A program made the translations under genes and the position numbers. Below, piece by piece: positions 18,327 to 29,467 of a stretch of DNA of 43,123 nucleotides (position 1 is its first letter; each line of letters opens with the position of its first letter). Location: positions 1 to 43,123 of the forward strand of contig JBCCXZ010000031.1 of assembly GCA_039190745.1 (NCBI GenBank), given 5' to 3'. The stretch comes from Planctomycetota bacterium. GTDB taxonomy: Bacteria; Planctomycetota; Planctomycetia; Pirellulales; Lacipirellulaceae. The notes beneath the pieces are model-generated. The model made no database searches, was not told the DNA's origin, and was given only the letters and a program-made list of their open reading frames with translations.

Positions 18327-20201
18327 TCAGCCCTCGACCTCGAGCAGTTCGTCCACCTCCCCGGAAGCCGGCAGGAAGCGGGCGATGAGCGTTTCGCTGG
18401 AAGTGTTCTGCCCGATGAACGTGCGGTTGGCCCGCTCGGCGAGCGAGCGGTAGAAGACCCACTGCTGCTTGCCGAACTGAGCTCGGTACCCGACCGCGAC
18501 GTCGGGCGGTTGAATCTCGAGCGACTGGGCGATCGTCAGCTGCCGCCAGGTGCAGGGTTTGCCGGCGCGGCGGCTGGCTAGGTCGATCAGCAGCGGACAG
18601 GCCATACGCTGGCCCTCGCGTGCGTGGTGCAGCTCGACCGCGTCGCTGCCGGCGGTGAGCTCGCCGACCCGCTTCTCCAATCGCCACTCGGGCAGCGCCA
18701 AAGGCAGGGCGCGTGCCCGGAGACCCGCCGAGGCCAGCTCCATTTCCCGCGTCTCTTCAGCGGGGATCGCAGAGACCCCCGGTGCGAACGGGAGCCGCAG
18801 CCTGTGGCTGAACCGCCCGGACGACCGCCCCAGCAGGTTGTCGCAGAAGTAGAGCAGATGGTCTTCACGGGCGAGCATTATCTGCCGGTCGAGCCGCATC
18901 CCGCCGCTGAGCACGATGGTCAGCTCCAGGTAGTCGACGTCCTCGTCGCTGAACCAGCAGACCTCGTCCCAGTCGGACTCGGGGACGACCGGTTTGCCGT
19001 CGAAGACGACTTCGGTCTTCAACGCCCCGGCAAAGAGGGGCGTCGATCCTACACGGCAGTCGAGCCGCAGGGCGTGCGACGAGAAGTCCAACGCCAGGGC
19101 TGGCGCAGAGCGCGACCAGTGCGTCCGCATCACCGCCAAGCCCGACCACTCACAGCGGTCGGACGTTTCGGGGGGCTCGTATTCTTCTTTTTCTTCGACC
19201 GAACCGAGCAGCTTCTTTGGCAGCACCGCAGCGATGCCGGCGACGTCGGATTCGTCTCCACCGTACGCCATCGCGGCCTCGACGAACTCCGGGGTCCACG
19301 CCCCCGCGAGAGGGTCGGCGACGAGCATCCTGCTGTCGGCCCCTGTCAAGCGAACGCACTGCTGGATCGCGAGCTCGTACTCGGCCTGGGCCTCGGCAGG
19401 CCACTTCGTCTTCGGCAGCTGCTTCGAGAGCACCCGGCAGCGGGTCCAGCAGGCCGCCAGCGGCAGGAACAGTCCTGCCTGGCCGCCGTGGGGGAGCCCG
19501 TCTCCGTTGAGCAGCTCCTCCAACCCGTCCGCGACGCGCTCGAGCCCCGCGGCCCGCAGTTCGTGGATGGGTTTCATCTCGGGCAGGCCGCAAGCCATCG
19601 CCAGCGGCAGCTCCGCCGCGAGCATCTGCTGAGCTAAGGAGCGTTGCGGGGGTGCGTCGAGCGAGGGCGCCGAATCGGCTGTGGAGGTCACCACGTGCCA
19701 AAGGCCATCGAGCAGCTCCCACCAGAACTGCGAGGCCACCCGCCCCGCCAGTGCCGGCAACAACTCGCAAACCGCAAGAGTTTCTAGGGCAAACTCCAAA
19801 GAGGCGCCGCCGCCGTCTTCTACCTCGTCACGCCAGTCGGCGAGCATTTCGAGCAGCCCGCCCGAGTCGCCCAGGAGGCTCCGCGGAGGCTTGCGGGCAA
19901 AACGGTAACAGCGCGTGACCAGGGTGGCCGTGTCTTCGGGCAACGCCTCCGGGTTGAGACCCCACAAGAGCGGCGGCTTCTTGCACTTCAGCACTGTGCC
20001 GACCGACCGCTTGGAGCCGTTCTTCGAGAGGTGGTCGTTCCAGGTGTGCCAATCTTCGTCGCGCGTCACGCCCCGGGGGGCGGCGGTTCGCCAGAAGTTG
20101 CTCCGGCGAGCGCGGGTGGACGGCTCGCCGCTGGTCTCGTCCATCGTGTTCTCGGCGGGATGAACTGGATTATCTGCTTGATCAGCGGTGTCGGTAGTCA
20201 T
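18327..20201 (-). CDS. Conserved planctomycete hypothetical protein (helical N-half, beta-rich C-half; possibly heparinase II/III-like fold)
   Basis: Long ORF with host-like codon usage; motifs EWSGLAVMRTHW, WDEVCWFSDEDVDYLEL, ALPLALPEWR, TWRQLT, YRSLA. Fold assignment is inference. Confidence 0.75.
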   Translation of the reverse strand: MTTDTADQADNPVHPAENTMDETSGEPSTRARRSNFWRTAAPRGVTRDEDWHTWNDHLSKNGSKRSVGTVLKCKKPPLLWGLNPEALPEDTATLVTRCYRFARKPPRSLLGDSGGLLEMLADWRDEVEDGGGASLEFALETLAVCELLPALAGRVASQFWWELLDGLWHVVTSTADSAPSLDAPPQRSLAQQMLAAELPLAMACGLPEMKPIHELRAAGLERVADGLEELLNGDGLPHGGQAGLFLPLAACWTRCRVLSKQLPKTKWPAEAQAEYELAIQQCVRLTGADSRMLVADPLAGAWTPEFVEAAMAYGGDESDVAGIAAVLPKKLLGSVEEKEEYEPPETSDRCEWSGLAVMRTHWSRSAPALALDFSSHALRLDCRVGSTPLFAGALKTEVVFDGKPVVPESDWDEVCWFSDEDVDYLELTIVLSGGMRLDRQIMLAREDHLLYFCDNLLGRSSGRFSHRLRLPFAPGVSAIPAEETREMELASAGLRARALPLALPEWRLEKRVGELTAGSDAVELHHAREGQRMACPLLIDLASRRAGKPCTWRQLTIAQSLEIQPPDVAVGYRAQFGKQQWVFYRSLAERANRTFIGQNTSSETLIARFLPASGEVDELLEVEG

Positions 20202-20537
20202 CGCCACGGGTTGCTCCTGCCCCGGACTCGGCTGGGCGGTCGCCGCTGCGATCCGCTCTATCGGATGCAGTGCCGATCTTCGGGAGGCTTCCTGGAAGGG
20301 GAAGGCTATTGTATGAGAGCACCACGCTCGGTTCACGGGGTAGGGCCAACGATTTCGGAACATCTTCCGTACCCTGCGTCCGCGTGGTTGCCTGGGTGTC
20401 GGCCGCGGTATACTTGCAGCGCCGGAGGGAGTCCCGCTAGGGAAGCCCTTCTTTGACTGACCAGCTCCAACCACCGCAAAACACGCCGCAGCGGCCAACT
20501 CCAAGCCGAGACGGCGCAACCCCCAGAGGCCCAGGTC

Positions 20538-21350
20538 ATGAAGACCGCCGCGTTCCCGACTCATCATGGTTTGCTTGCTGCTTTGTTCGTGGTCAACGCC
20601 TGGGCGGCGTGTTTGTTCCAGCCCGCGACAGCCCAAGACGCACCGACGCAGCCTGTGGCCGAGGCTGCCGAGCCCGTCGCCGAGGAAGCGGAAGAGCCAG
20701 AGCCACTACGGCTCCCCCCGCCCAAGCAAGCCAAGGCGCTACCAGAGCCCGACCAGGTGTGGGTCGACAAAAAGCGGGGCCAAGTGATGGTCGACGGCTA
20801 CATCGCCCTCCGCGAAGGCTACCTGGAGATGTTCGCCTGCATCGCCGGCACGAAGGAGCACGAGTCGATCGTCGCCATCCGCAGCCGGGCCAAGGTCGTC
20901 CACGCCGCGTTGCTCTCTGTCGGCGCCGTGCCGGGCTCCCCGGTTGAGTTTATGCCGGAGTTCAAGCCGCCCACCGGCGACGAGATCGAGATCGAGGTCC
21001 GCTGGCTCGACGAAGACGGTAAACCGAGATCCGCCCGCGGGCAAGAATGGGTCGTCGACGCCGAGACCAAGAAGCAGCTCGACGTGCCGTGGGTCTTCGC
21101 CGGCAGCGGCTTCTGGACCGATGAAGAGTCCGGCGAGCGGTTCTACATGGCCGAGGGCGGCGACGTCGTTTGCGTCTCGAACTTCGCGACCGCGACGCTC
21201 GACGTGCCCATGCCCAGCTCGAGCGCGAACGAGGGATTGCTGTTCGAGGCCAAGCCGGACGGGATCCCCCCGCTCGGCACGCCGGTGCGCTTGGTGTTGA
21301 CGGTCAAGAAAGGCAAACCGGTCGACGGGGCTCAGCAGTCTCAACCCTAG
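20538..21350 (+). CDS. YdjY-domain exported protein
   Basis: Signal peptide; LEMFACIAGTKEHESIV, VHAALLSVGAVPG, WVFAGSGF, GDVVCVSNF motifs. Confidence 0.8.
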   Translation: MKTAAFPTHHGLLAALFVVNAWAACLFQPATAQDAPTQPVAEAAEPVAEEAEEPEPLRLPPPKQAKALPEPDQVWVDKKRGQVMVDGYIALREGYLEMFACIAGTKEHESIVAIRSRAKVVHAALLSVGAVPGSPVEFMPEFKPPTGDEIEIEVRWLDEDGKPRSARGQEWVVDAETKKQLDVPWVFAGSGFWTDEESGERFYMAEGGDVVCVSNFATATLDVPMPSSSANEGLLFEAKPDGIPPLGTPVRLVLTVKKGKPVDGAQQSQP

Positions 21351-22636
21351 CGGCCCGTTGCCCCCGATCCGACGCGGACGCCGCCGTCGCTGATGTCGAA
21401 GCAGTGGAAGTACTCCTGATCGCGGAGGTACAGCCGCCCGCCTGCGACCACCGGGTGCGTCCACACCTTGCCCCGCGAGGCGCGTTGCTCCGACTGCGGG
21501 TCGAGCGTGAAACGCCCGTGCTCTTGCCAGCCTTCGTGGCTGGCGGCGATCAGCACGATGTCGCCTTCGTCTTCGCTCTGGCAGTAGAACCGGCCGTCGG
21601 CGTATGCGATCGCGCCTTTGCCGAGCGCTTCCCGCTCCCGCCAGACGCGCTCGCCCGACTCAAAGTCCTGGCACACCCAGCCCTTGCCGTCGGAGTAGCC
21701 GTACACGTGGCCGCCCAGCAGGATCGTCCCGCCGTGGTGGTTGACCATCGTCTTGTTCTCGTAGGCTTCGGTCACTTCGTTTTCTGCCGAAACATCGACT
21801 GCCATGCAGCCTGTGCCGTAGCCCGAGGTGACGTACACGCGGTCGCCCCGCAGGATCGGCGTCGGCACCACCGCCACGCGGCCCGGCCACGCGGAGGTCC
21901 AGAGCACGGTCCCATCCCCAGGGCGGAACCCGACGGCTTCGTTGACCAGCAGCTGCACGCACACCGTCTCGCCGTGCGGCGCCCACGGTACGATCGAGGA
22001 GTAGTGCGCCCGTTGGGTGTTGTGGTCGTTCTGCCACAGGAGCTTGCCGGTCGTCGCGTCGAGCGCCGCGAGGGCGCCTTGCTCTCCGCCCGGGGTGCAG
22101 AGCACACGGCCGTCGAGCACCAACGGCGACTCGGAATAGCCCCACTTCGGGAGCTCGCCGCCAAGCTCCTGCATGGTTGTCGACCAGACTTCACGCCCGT
22201 TTGTCCGGTCTACGCACACGAGTCGACCGTTGGCGGCTAGGGCGTACACGCGGTCTTCGACGACCGTCGGCGTGCTGCGCGGCCCGCTCCCCCAGTCGTT
22301 CTCGTAGATCTCCCCGAGTTCGATGGCCCAAAGCTCATCCCCGTCCGCCGCTTGCAAGCAGAACAACACTTCCTGCTCGTCGCGCGTGCCGAGCAAGTAG
22401 ATACGATCCGCCACAACCGCCGGGCCGCCGTAGCCCAGCCCGATCTGATCGCTCAGCCACACCCGTCCCGGCCCCTCGGCCGGCCAAGACTGCAGCAGCC
22501 CCGTTTCGGCGGTGACGCCGTCGCGTTCCGGGCCACGCCACTGCGGCCAATCGGCGGCTGGGCTGCGGTTCGCGAATCCAAGAACGGCCGCCGCAGCGGC
22601 AAGAAAAGGCAGGGACCAGCGAAGTGGTTGCAGCAC
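21347..22636 (-). CDS. PQQ-binding-like beta-propeller protein (planctomycete-expanded family)
   Basis: Signal peptide, ADWPQWRGPERDG, repeated D...G...W blades, WTHPVVAGGRLYLRD. Confidence 0.92.
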   Translation of the reverse strand: MLQPLRWSLPFLAAAAAVLGFANRSPAADWPQWRGPERDGVTAETGLLQSWPAEGPGRVWLSDQIGLGYGGPAVVADRIYLLGTRDEQEVLFCLQAADGDELWAIELGEIYENDWGSGPRSTPTVVEDRVYALAANGRLVCVDRTNGREVWSTTMQELGGELPKWGYSESPLVLDGRVLCTPGGEQGALAALDATTGKLLWQNDHNTQRAHYSSIVPWAPHGETVCVQLLVNEAVGFRPGDGTVLWTSAWPGRVAVVPTPILRGDRVYVTSGYGTGCMAVDVSAENEVTEAYENKTMVNHHGGTILLGGHVYGYSDGKGWVCQDFESGERVWREREALGKGAIAYADGRFYCQSEDEGDIVLIAASHEGWQEHGRFTLDPQSEQRASRGKVWTHPVVAGGRLYLRDQEYFHCFDISDGGVRVGSGATGR

Positions 22637-22888
22637 GGCAGTCGCCTCGGTCTATAGGGCAGGGGTTAGCACCAGCAGACTATCGTGAGAACGCCCCGGC
22701 CGACAACCCGCAGGTAGGCTCCGATTGTCCGGTTCGCACGCCCTATCTATGATTAACTTTGGCGCCAGTGATGAAGCGTCCCAAGGCGTTAGTGCTCCCT
22801 CTAGCTCGCCCGAACCTGCAGCCCGCCTTCGGTGTCTTGCACGCCGCAAGTCTCCCGCTTTTTTCCCGCCTGCATCCCTAAACGACGT

Positions 22889-24157
22889 ATGAAAGCCAAG
22901 CTCGAAAAGCTCTTGCACTACGCGGTGCTGATCGTCGTGACGCTCGTCGCGGGTTGGGTCATGTGGTTCTTGAGTTCCAAAGAAAAGGGCTCCGACCTCG
23001 CCGCCCAGGAACCCCGCCCGCTCGCGCTGGTCGCGCAGCAGAAGGCGCCCGTTGAACTGTTGCCCGTCAGCGTCCGGCAGTGCGAGATCGTCTCCACGTT
23101 CGCCGGCAAGATCCGGCCTTGGGAAACGTACCAGATCGCCTTCGAGGTCCCGGGGCGCGTGCAGGCACTGGGGACAGGCCACCGCGGGCAAGAACTCGAC
23201 GAGGGCGACCGTGTCGAGGCCGGCCAGGTGCTCGCCCGGCTCGACGACCGCGTCTACCGCGCTCAGAAGAGCGAGGCGGCCGCCCGCATCGAACTCGCCC
23301 AATCCGAGCTCAAGCGGGCCGAAGAGGCAAACCGCAACAGCCGGACCGCGGTGAGCGAGACCCAGGTGCAGCAGTTCATCACCGACCTCGCGCTCGCCAA
23401 GGCCCAGCACGAGGTGGCCATCAAGAACCTCGACGACGCCACGCTCGAAGCGCCCGTCGCCGCCGCGATCTCACGCCGCATGATCAAAACGGGCGAATCG
23501 GTCAACGCCCACCAGATGGTCTTCGAGCTGGTCGAGAACGACCGCGTGCTGCTAGTGGTCGACGTGCCCGAGTCGCAGGTCCGCGAACTGGAAAACCGCG
23601 ACCGTGAGCTCCGTGAGCAACGCGCCGATCCCGGCGGAGCCGCCGAGTTTGTCGCCCACGTCCGCATGGAGGGCCGCGACCGCTTCGGCCGGCCCTGGCC
23701 CGCAGTCGACGGGCGCGTCCACCACATCGCAGAGGTGGCGGACGAACGCACCGGGCTGTTCCAGGTCGAGATCGAACTCGACAACCGCGACGGCATGCTC
23801 CGCCCCGGGATGGTCGCCACCGCCGACATCGTGACCGGCGTGGTGCCCGGTTACACCGTCCCCGACGCGGCCGTCATCTTCCGCGGGCGGGAAGCGCACC
23901 TCTTTACCGTCGACCGCGAGCCGGCCGATATGGAGGTGCTCTACTGGCAGCTCGGCACGACCGAGATCCACCGGGCCCGCCGAGTCCCGCTCCGTCAATG
24001 GGTCGATCTCGGCGAGACCGTCATCATCCCGGCAGAAGACATCCAGATCGACTCGGTGATCGTCCGGGGCCAATACCGGCTCGCCGACGGGCAAATCGTC
24101 CGACCGATCAACGGGGCGGTCGACGGCCGCGTCGACGTCGCCGAGGGCGTCAACTAA
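22889..24157 (+). CDS. RND efflux periplasmic adaptor subunit
   Basis: N-terminal TM anchor, lipoyl halves (AFEVPGRV...DEGDRVEAGQVLARLD; TLEAPVAAAI), coiled coil, LRPGMVA. Confidence 0.92.
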   Translation: MKAKLEKLLHYAVLIVVTLVAGWVMWFLSSKEKGSDLAAQEPRPLALVAQQKAPVELLPVSVRQCEIVSTFAGKIRPWETYQIAFEVPGRVQALGTGHRGQELDEGDRVEAGQVLARLDDRVYRAQKSEAAARIELAQSELKRAEEANRNSRTAVSETQVQQFITDLALAKAQHEVAIKNLDDATLEAPVAAAISRRMIKTGESVNAHQMVFELVENDRVLLVVDVPESQVRELENRDRELREQRADPGGAAEFVAHVRMEGRDRFGRPWPAVDGRVHHIAEVADERTGLFQVEIELDNRDGMLRPGMVATADIVTGVVPGYTVPDAAVIFRGREAHLFTVDREPADMEVLYWQLGTTEIHRARRVPLRQWVDLGETVIIPAEDIQIDSVIVRGQYRLADGQIVRPINGAVDGRVDVAEGVN

Positions 24158-24196
24158 CGGGCCAGCGGAAGGGCGACAGAAGGTCGGGATGAAAGC

Positions 24197-27100
24197 ATGA
24201 AACTCAGCGCCCAAGCCATCGACCACCCGCGCTTCGTCCTCATGGCGACGCTGCTGGTGACGTTCCTCTGCCTCTACGCCGGCCTGCAGACGCCCGTCCA
24301 GCTCTCCCCGGCGATCACCAAAGCCGTCGTCCTCGTGGCGATCCCCTACCCAGACTCGCAGCCGACCGAGTCGGAGAACGAGATCGCTCGAAAGGTTGAA
24401 GACGCGCTGACCGAGCTGCAGAGCGTCGACTTCATCGCCTCGGTTAGCATGCGAGGCGCCTCGATCACGCAGGTGATCTTCCTCGACGGCGTTGACCCCG
24501 ACGACGCCAAGCGAGAAGTGAAAGACCTTATCGACCGCATCCGCAACGAGCTGCCCGTCGGCCGCGAGGTGCAGCCCGACGTGCGGAAGCTCGACTTCGA
24601 AAACCTGCCGCTGATGCTGGTCTCGCTCACCGGCCCCGCCGGGTTCGACGAGCGGGCCCTCCGCGAGATCGCCGAGGAGGTCGAGGATCAGATCTCCGCC
24701 GTCGACGGCGTCGCCAACACCCAACTCTTCGGCGGCAAAGAACGCGAGATCCACGTCAACGCCAACCCCGATCGACTCTCGCAGTACGGCCTCACGCTGA
24801 TGCAGCTCCGCCAAGCGCTGGCCGACTTCAACGCCAAGATCCCCGCCGGGGCGCTCGACACCGAAGAGTTCGACCGCACCGTCCGCAACGAGGCCAAGTT
24901 CCGCGGCGTCGACGACATCCGCGAGGCGGTCGTCAGCGGCCAGGAGGGCCGCGTCATCCGGGTCCGCGATGTGGCCGAGGTGATCGACACCCACCGCCGC
25001 GTGATGAGCATGTCTCAGATCAACGGCAGCGATGCGCTCACGATCATCGTCAACAAAGAAGCCGACATCAACACGCTCGGCGCCGCCCAGAACGTGGTTT
25101 CCCTCGTCGAGTCGCTCCGCGAGCAGTACCCGTACGTCACGTTCAACGTCACGCGCGACACGTCGCAAGAAATCTGGATCATGTTCCGCGTGCTGGGATC
25201 CAGCGCGCTGTTCGGCGCCATGCTCGTGCTGGTGATCCTTGCTTGGTCGATGGGCCTGCGGATCTCGATCCTGGTGCTGATCGCGATCCCCTTCAGCTCG
25301 GCGGTAGCGCTCATCTTCCTTTACGCCGCGGGCATCGCCATCTCGAACATGGCGGTCTTCAGCTTCATCCTTGTGCTCGGCATGGTGGTCGACGGCGCCA
25401 TCATCGTCGCCGAGAACATCCACCGCCACATCGAACGCGGCGAAGACCCGGTCGACGCCGCAAAGGTCGGCATCGAGGAGGTCGGCCTGCCGGTGATCGC
25501 CGCCGACCTCACCACGGTCGCCGCGTTCCTGCCAATGCTGCTGGTGCCCGGCATCATGGGTGACTTCATGGGCGTGATGCCCAAAGTCGTTAGCGTAGCG
25601 CTTCTGGGCTCGGTGCTGGTCGACCACTTCGTCATCCCCGCGCTGGCCGCGTACTGGTACCGCCGCCGCGAGCCGGAGCACGACGAGAACGCTTCGTTCG
25701 CCAAGATCTCGGTAGGCGACTCCACCGAGATCGTGCCGGGCAACTCCCGCGTCCGCCCCACGATGGGCCTCGGCACCCGCGTCTACGCCGCCGTCCTGCG
25801 CTTCTGCCTCGACAACCGGCTGGCAGTGCTCATCATGTGCTTCATTGCGCTGATGGGCGCCAACGTCCTGATGGGCAAGCTCGGCTTCGAGTTCTTCCCC
25901 ACCAGCGACCGCGGTCAGTTCGTCGTGAAGTACGAGCTGCCGCTAGGGTACAGCATCGAGGAGACCCAGGCCGCCGCCAAAGTCATCACCGACGCCCTCC
26001 AGAAGTGGCAAGACCGCGGCATCGTCCGCAGCTATGTTAGCGCGATCGGCTCGGCCGGCGCGTTGGTCGCACGCGTTGACGACGACCCCGCCACCGGCCC
26101 CGAATTCGGCGAGGTGAGTGTCGAGATGCTCTCTCCGCTCGACCGCGACGTGCACGAGCAGGAGGTGATCGCCGACCTGCGGCGTGAGATCCGCCCGCTG
26201 CCGGGGATGAAGGTCACGATCAAGCAGATCGAAGACGGCCCGCCCGGCGGAGCCGACGTGGCCGTCCGCTTCACGGGAGACAATCTGGAGCAGCTCGGCG
26301 GTCTCGGCCAGCTGGTCGCCGACCGGATCGCGAAGATCGATGGCGCCGTCGACGCATCCACCGACTACCGCCCAGACAACCCAGAGCTGGTGATCGAACC
26401 CAAGCCCGACGTGGTCGGCCTCTACGGCATGACCGAGGCGCAGATCGCCGCGTCGGTGCAGATGGCGATCGCCGGCGACTCACAGATCGAACTCACGCTC
26501 GACGATGAAGACGTCACGCTCCGGCTGCAAGTGGCGCCCGAGTACCAACGCGACGCCGTGACGCTCAAGCGGCAGATGATCACCGCCGCCGACGGCCGGC
26601 GGGCGCCCATCTCTGAACTCGCCGAGCTCCGCCGCGACCTCGGCCTCTACAGCATTAACCGCTACGACCGCGACCGGGCCGTCCTCGCCAAGTGCGACGT
26701 CGTGAAGCCCACGCTGCCCGACGACGTGTTCGACGTGCTCCGCAACGAGGTTCTCCCAGGGCTCGGCTTCCGCCCGTTCGAGGGCAACGCCCTCACCTTC
26801 GTCGGCACGCCCACCACGCCGTCCGAGGGCGTCACCGCCAAGTTCGTCGGCGAAAACGAGGAGCGGGATAAGAACTTCAAGTACCTGCTCTACAGCATGA
26901 TCATCGGCGTAGTGCTGATCTTCAGCATCCTCGTGACGCAGTTCAACAGCTTCCGCCAGAGCTTCATCGTCATGGCGACCGTCCCCTTGAGTTTCATCGG
27001 CGTCGTCATCGGCATGTGGGCCGCGGGCTTCCCGTTCAGCCTCGCCTCGTTCATCGGGCTGGTGAGCCTCACGGGCATCGTGGTGAACGACGCGATCGTG

Positions 27101-27409
27101 ATGGTCGACTTCACCAACCAGGCCCGCAACCGCGGCCTGCCGCTCCGCGAAGCGCTGATGGAAGCGGGCGTGAACCGCCTCCGCCCGGTGCTGCTCACCA
27201 CGGTCACGACCATCGGCGGCCTGCTGCCGCTGTTCCTGAATATCTCCGGCGGCGCCGAGTTCTGGCAGCCGCTCACCGCGTCGGTCATCTTCGGCCTAGC
27301 GTTCGCAAGCGTGCTGACGCTGCTGGTGATCCCGGTTTGCTACAGCGTGGCGTACAGTGTGGGGCCGGCCGTGAAGGGAGTGATTGGCCTGCGCTCCGAA
27401 CCAGCCTAG
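24197..27409 (+). CDS. RND efflux permease (AcrB/AcrD/AcrF family)
   Basis: 1070 aa; TM4 [28 protein letters not shown]10 [21 protein letters not shown]. Confidence 0.96.
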   Translation: MKLSAQAIDHPRFVLMATLLVTFLCLYAGLQTPVQLSPAITKAVVLVAIPYPDSQPTESENEIARKVEDALTELQSVDFIASVSMRGASITQVIFLDGVDPDDAKREVKDLIDRIRNELPVGREVQPDVRKLDFENLPLMLVSLTGPAGFDERALREIAEEVEDQISAVDGVANTQLFGGKEREIHVNANPDRLSQYGLTLMQLRQALADFNAKIPAGALDTEEFDRTVRNEAKFRGVDDIREAVVSGQEGRVIRVRDVAEVIDTHRRVMSMSQINGSDALTIIVNKEADINTLGAAQNVVSLVESLREQYPYVTFNVTRDTSQEIWIMFRVLGSSALFGAMLVLVILAWSMGLRISILVLIAIPFSSAVALIFLYAAGIAISNMAVFSFILVLGMVVDGAIIVAENIHRHIERGEDPVDAAKVGIEEVGLPVIAADLTTVAAFLPMLLVPGIMGDFMGVMPKVVSVALLGSVLVDHFVIPALAAYWYRRREPEHDENASFAKISVGDSTEIVPGNSRVRPTMGLGTRVYAAVLRFCLDNRLAVLIMCFIALMGANVLMGKLGFEFFPTSDRGQFVVKYELPLGYSIEETQAAAKVITDALQKWQDRGIVRSYVSAIGSAGALVARVDDDPATGPEFGEVSVEMLSPLDRDVHEQEVIADLRREIRPLPGMKVTIKQIEDGPPGGADVAVRFTGDNLEQLGGLGQLVADRIAKIDGAVDASTDYRPDNPELVIEPKPDVVGLYGMTEAQIAASVQMAIAGDSQIELTLDDEDVTLRLQVAPEYQRDAVTLKRQMITAADGRRAPISELAELRRDLGLYSINRYDRDRAVLAKCDVVKPTLPDDVFDVLRNEVLPGLGFRPFEGNALTFVGTPTTPSEGVTAKFVGENEERDKNFKYLLYSMIIGVVLIFSILVTQFNSFRQSFIVMATVPLSFIGVVIGMWAAGFPFSLASFIGLVSLTGIVVNDAIVMVDFTNQARNRGLPLREALMEAGVNRLRPVLLTTVTTIGGLLPLFLNISGGAEFWQPLTASVIFGLAFASVLTLLVIPVCYSVAYSVGPAVKGVIGLRSEPA

Positions 27410-27561
27410 CGCGAGGCCATGCCTGCGCATGATGCTTCAAGCACATCATGCCGTCTGATTGCGTGTTCCTGATATTGGTGTCGTCGTGTGCCGCTTGCTA
27501 AGATGCGCCATTATTCCGGAGACTCAATCCATTCACGCTTCTTCTGCCACGAGCCCTAACT

Positions 27562-28719
27562 ATGGGAAGACTAACCCGAGCGATGGATGATCCCCAGCGG
27601 GAGCTCGGTTCCGGCTGGATCAGCGGCATGACGAGCGTCTTGCTCGGCTTCTTGGGGTTGGGCGTCGTTCTGTGTTTGCTCTACCCGCAGCTCCTGACCG
27701 TTGCCGACACGCGCGGGTACTACAGCCTGGCGTGGGTCCGCCTGCTGCTGCACCTCGTTCTGATCACCGCATTTGCTGCAGGGATCGTCAGCATTGTTCT
27801 GCGTCAGAGCAAGGTCATGGGCTTCGCCGGCATGACGATGGTGCTGGCGGCGACGCTGCTGGGCGGCTCGAGGGCAAGCTCCCGTGTTGAGGGCGAGCTG
27901 GACATCTACTTCGGTCTCGACTTCTTCATGCTGAACGTCATCCTGCTGGGTACGTTGTTCATCCCTATCGAGCGGCTGTTCAAGCTCCGCGATCAGCCGA
28001 TCTTCCGCGATGAACTGCGGGAAGACCTTTTCTACTTCTTCATCAGCAGCCTGTTTGTCCAGTCGCTCACATACATGTCGTTGACCCCGGCGTTGACGAT
28101 CGTGGCAGGTACAGGATGGCTCGGAGGATTCCGCAAGCTGGTCGCTAGCCAGCCTTTGTTCCTCCAGTTTCTGGAGATCATGTTCTTCACGGATCTTGTG
28201 CAATACTGGTTCCACCGCGCGTTCCACGAAATCCCGTGGCTCTGGAGGTTCCACGCGATCCACCACTCGGCCCGCCACATGGACTGGATCGCAGGATCAC
28301 GGATGCACCTCTTCGAGGTAATTCTGCTCCGTGCGTTTACGACGATGCCGATGTACGTGATGGGTTTCCAAGAGCCGGCGCTCTACGCCTACATTTTTTT
28401 TGTGTACCTGCTGTCGGTGTTTGTGCACTCGAACATCCGTATCAACTTTGGCGCCCTGCAATACATCATGGCAACGCCGCGGTTCCATCACTGGCACCAC
28501 GGCATTGAGAAGGAAGCAATCAACGTCAATTACGCGGTCCACTTCCCGCTGCTGGACCGCTTATTCGGCACCTACCACCTGCCCGAGAAAGAAGAGTGGC
28601 CGGAGGGTTACGGCATCGCGGGCCACCCTGTCCCGAGCGGGTACCTGAGGCAGTTCATTTACCCATTCCGTGGGAATGCCAGCATCGACTCGGCCGAATC
28701 GAGCAGTGACGATATCTAG
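27562..28719 (+). CDS. Sterol desaturase / fatty acid hydroxylase superfamily membrane di-iron enzyme
   Basis: His boxes YWFHRAFH, FHAIHHS, FVHSN, FHHWHH; NYAVHFPLLDRLFGT; extra N-terminal TM helices. Confidence 0.92.
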   Translation: MGRLTRAMDDPQRELGSGWISGMTSVLLGFLGLGVVLCLLYPQLLTVADTRGYYSLAWVRLLLHLVLITAFAAGIVSIVLRQSKVMGFAGMTMVLAATLLGGSRASSRVEGELDIYFGLDFFMLNVILLGTLFIPIERLFKLRDQPIFRDELREDLFYFFISSLFVQSLTYMSLTPALTIVAGTGWLGGFRKLVASQPLFLQFLEIMFFTDLVQYWFHRAFHEIPWLWRFHAIHHSARHMDWIAGSRMHLFEVILLRAFTTMPMYVMGFQEPALYAYIFFVYLLSVFVHSNIRINFGALQYIMATPRFHHWHHGIEKEAINVNYAVHFPLLDRLFGTYHLPEKEEWPEGYGIAGHPVPSGYLRQFIYPFRGNASIDSAESSSDDI

Positions 28720-28803
28720 AAATAAATTCCCAGCCTCCGATACGGAATGCCAACAGGATCGTGGCAGCTCGGGATCCCCTACTCGGCATGACAGGATCAA
28801 TCA

Positions 28804-29265
28804 ATGATCAATACCAATCGTCGAGACATCCTCCGTTTAGGATCCGCTTCACTCGCGTTGCCCTTCCTCGCCACTTCCGGCGTGAGTGCGGCCGAGCCAG
28901 CAGAAGGGGCGGCGCCTGGGAAGGTCCAGTACTTGGAGATCGTCAGCCCCGAAGCCGACGCGATCTGCAAAACGTACGAGCGTCTGCACGGCGTGACGTT
29001 CGGCGACAAGGACCCGAACCTGGGCAATGCGCGTGTCGCACAGCTAGCCGACGGCGGGTATCTCGCGGTCCGCGCCCCGCTGCGGCCCACGGAGACGCCG
29101 GTCGTCCGCCCGTACTTCCTGGTCGAAGACATCGAAGCGGCGGTCGCCGCGGCGGCGGCCGAGGCCGGCGCCGAGATCGCGCTGCCGCCGATGGAACTAC
29201 CAGGCCACGGCAGGTGCGCGATCTTCATCCAAGGCGGCGCCGAGCACGGGCTTTGGGAGCGCTAG
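28804..29265 (+). CDS. VOC/glyoxalase-family protein with twin-arginine signal
   Basis: TNRRDILR plus hydrophobic stretch and VSA-A cleavage site; VQYLEIVS...VVRPYFLVEDIEAAV...PPMELPGHGRCAIF...GLW. Confidence 0.85.
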   Translation: MINTNRRDILRLGSASLALPFLATSGVSAAEPAEGAAPGKVQYLEIVSPEADAICKTYERLHGVTFGDKDPNLGNARVAQLADGGYLAVRAPLRPTETPVVRPYFLVEDIEAAVAAAAAEAGAEIALPPMELPGHGRCAIFIQGGAEHGLWER

Positions 29266-29277
29266 AGTCTCAGGTGC

Positions 29278-29301
29278 CATGCCCACGCAAGCGTGGGCAT
29301 G
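29278..29301. repeat. REP-like perfect palindrome
   Basis: CATGCCCACGC-AA-GCGTGGGCATG, 11-bp stem, 12 nt after the VOC stop codon and without a U-tract. Confidence 0.75.
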
Positions 29302-29467
29302 CTTCATGAGAAGGGTCTAACTAGATTCCGACATGGCAATGCAAGTAAGTCCTCACCGCCCATCTGTGTAGATCGATGCGTCCGATGCACTCCGCTGATG
29401 TATCCCGGAGTAGTGCTGGTTAGAATAGGAGCATCTGGACTAGGCTCGGTCTCCAAGCGGACTTGCA

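Noticed and set aside
23552..25681. Long antisense ORFs (this 709-aa one, 33270-34820, 30690-31997, 16284-17594 and similar)
   Set aside because: Shadow frames of well-supported genes in high-GC DNA, with no motifs of their own.
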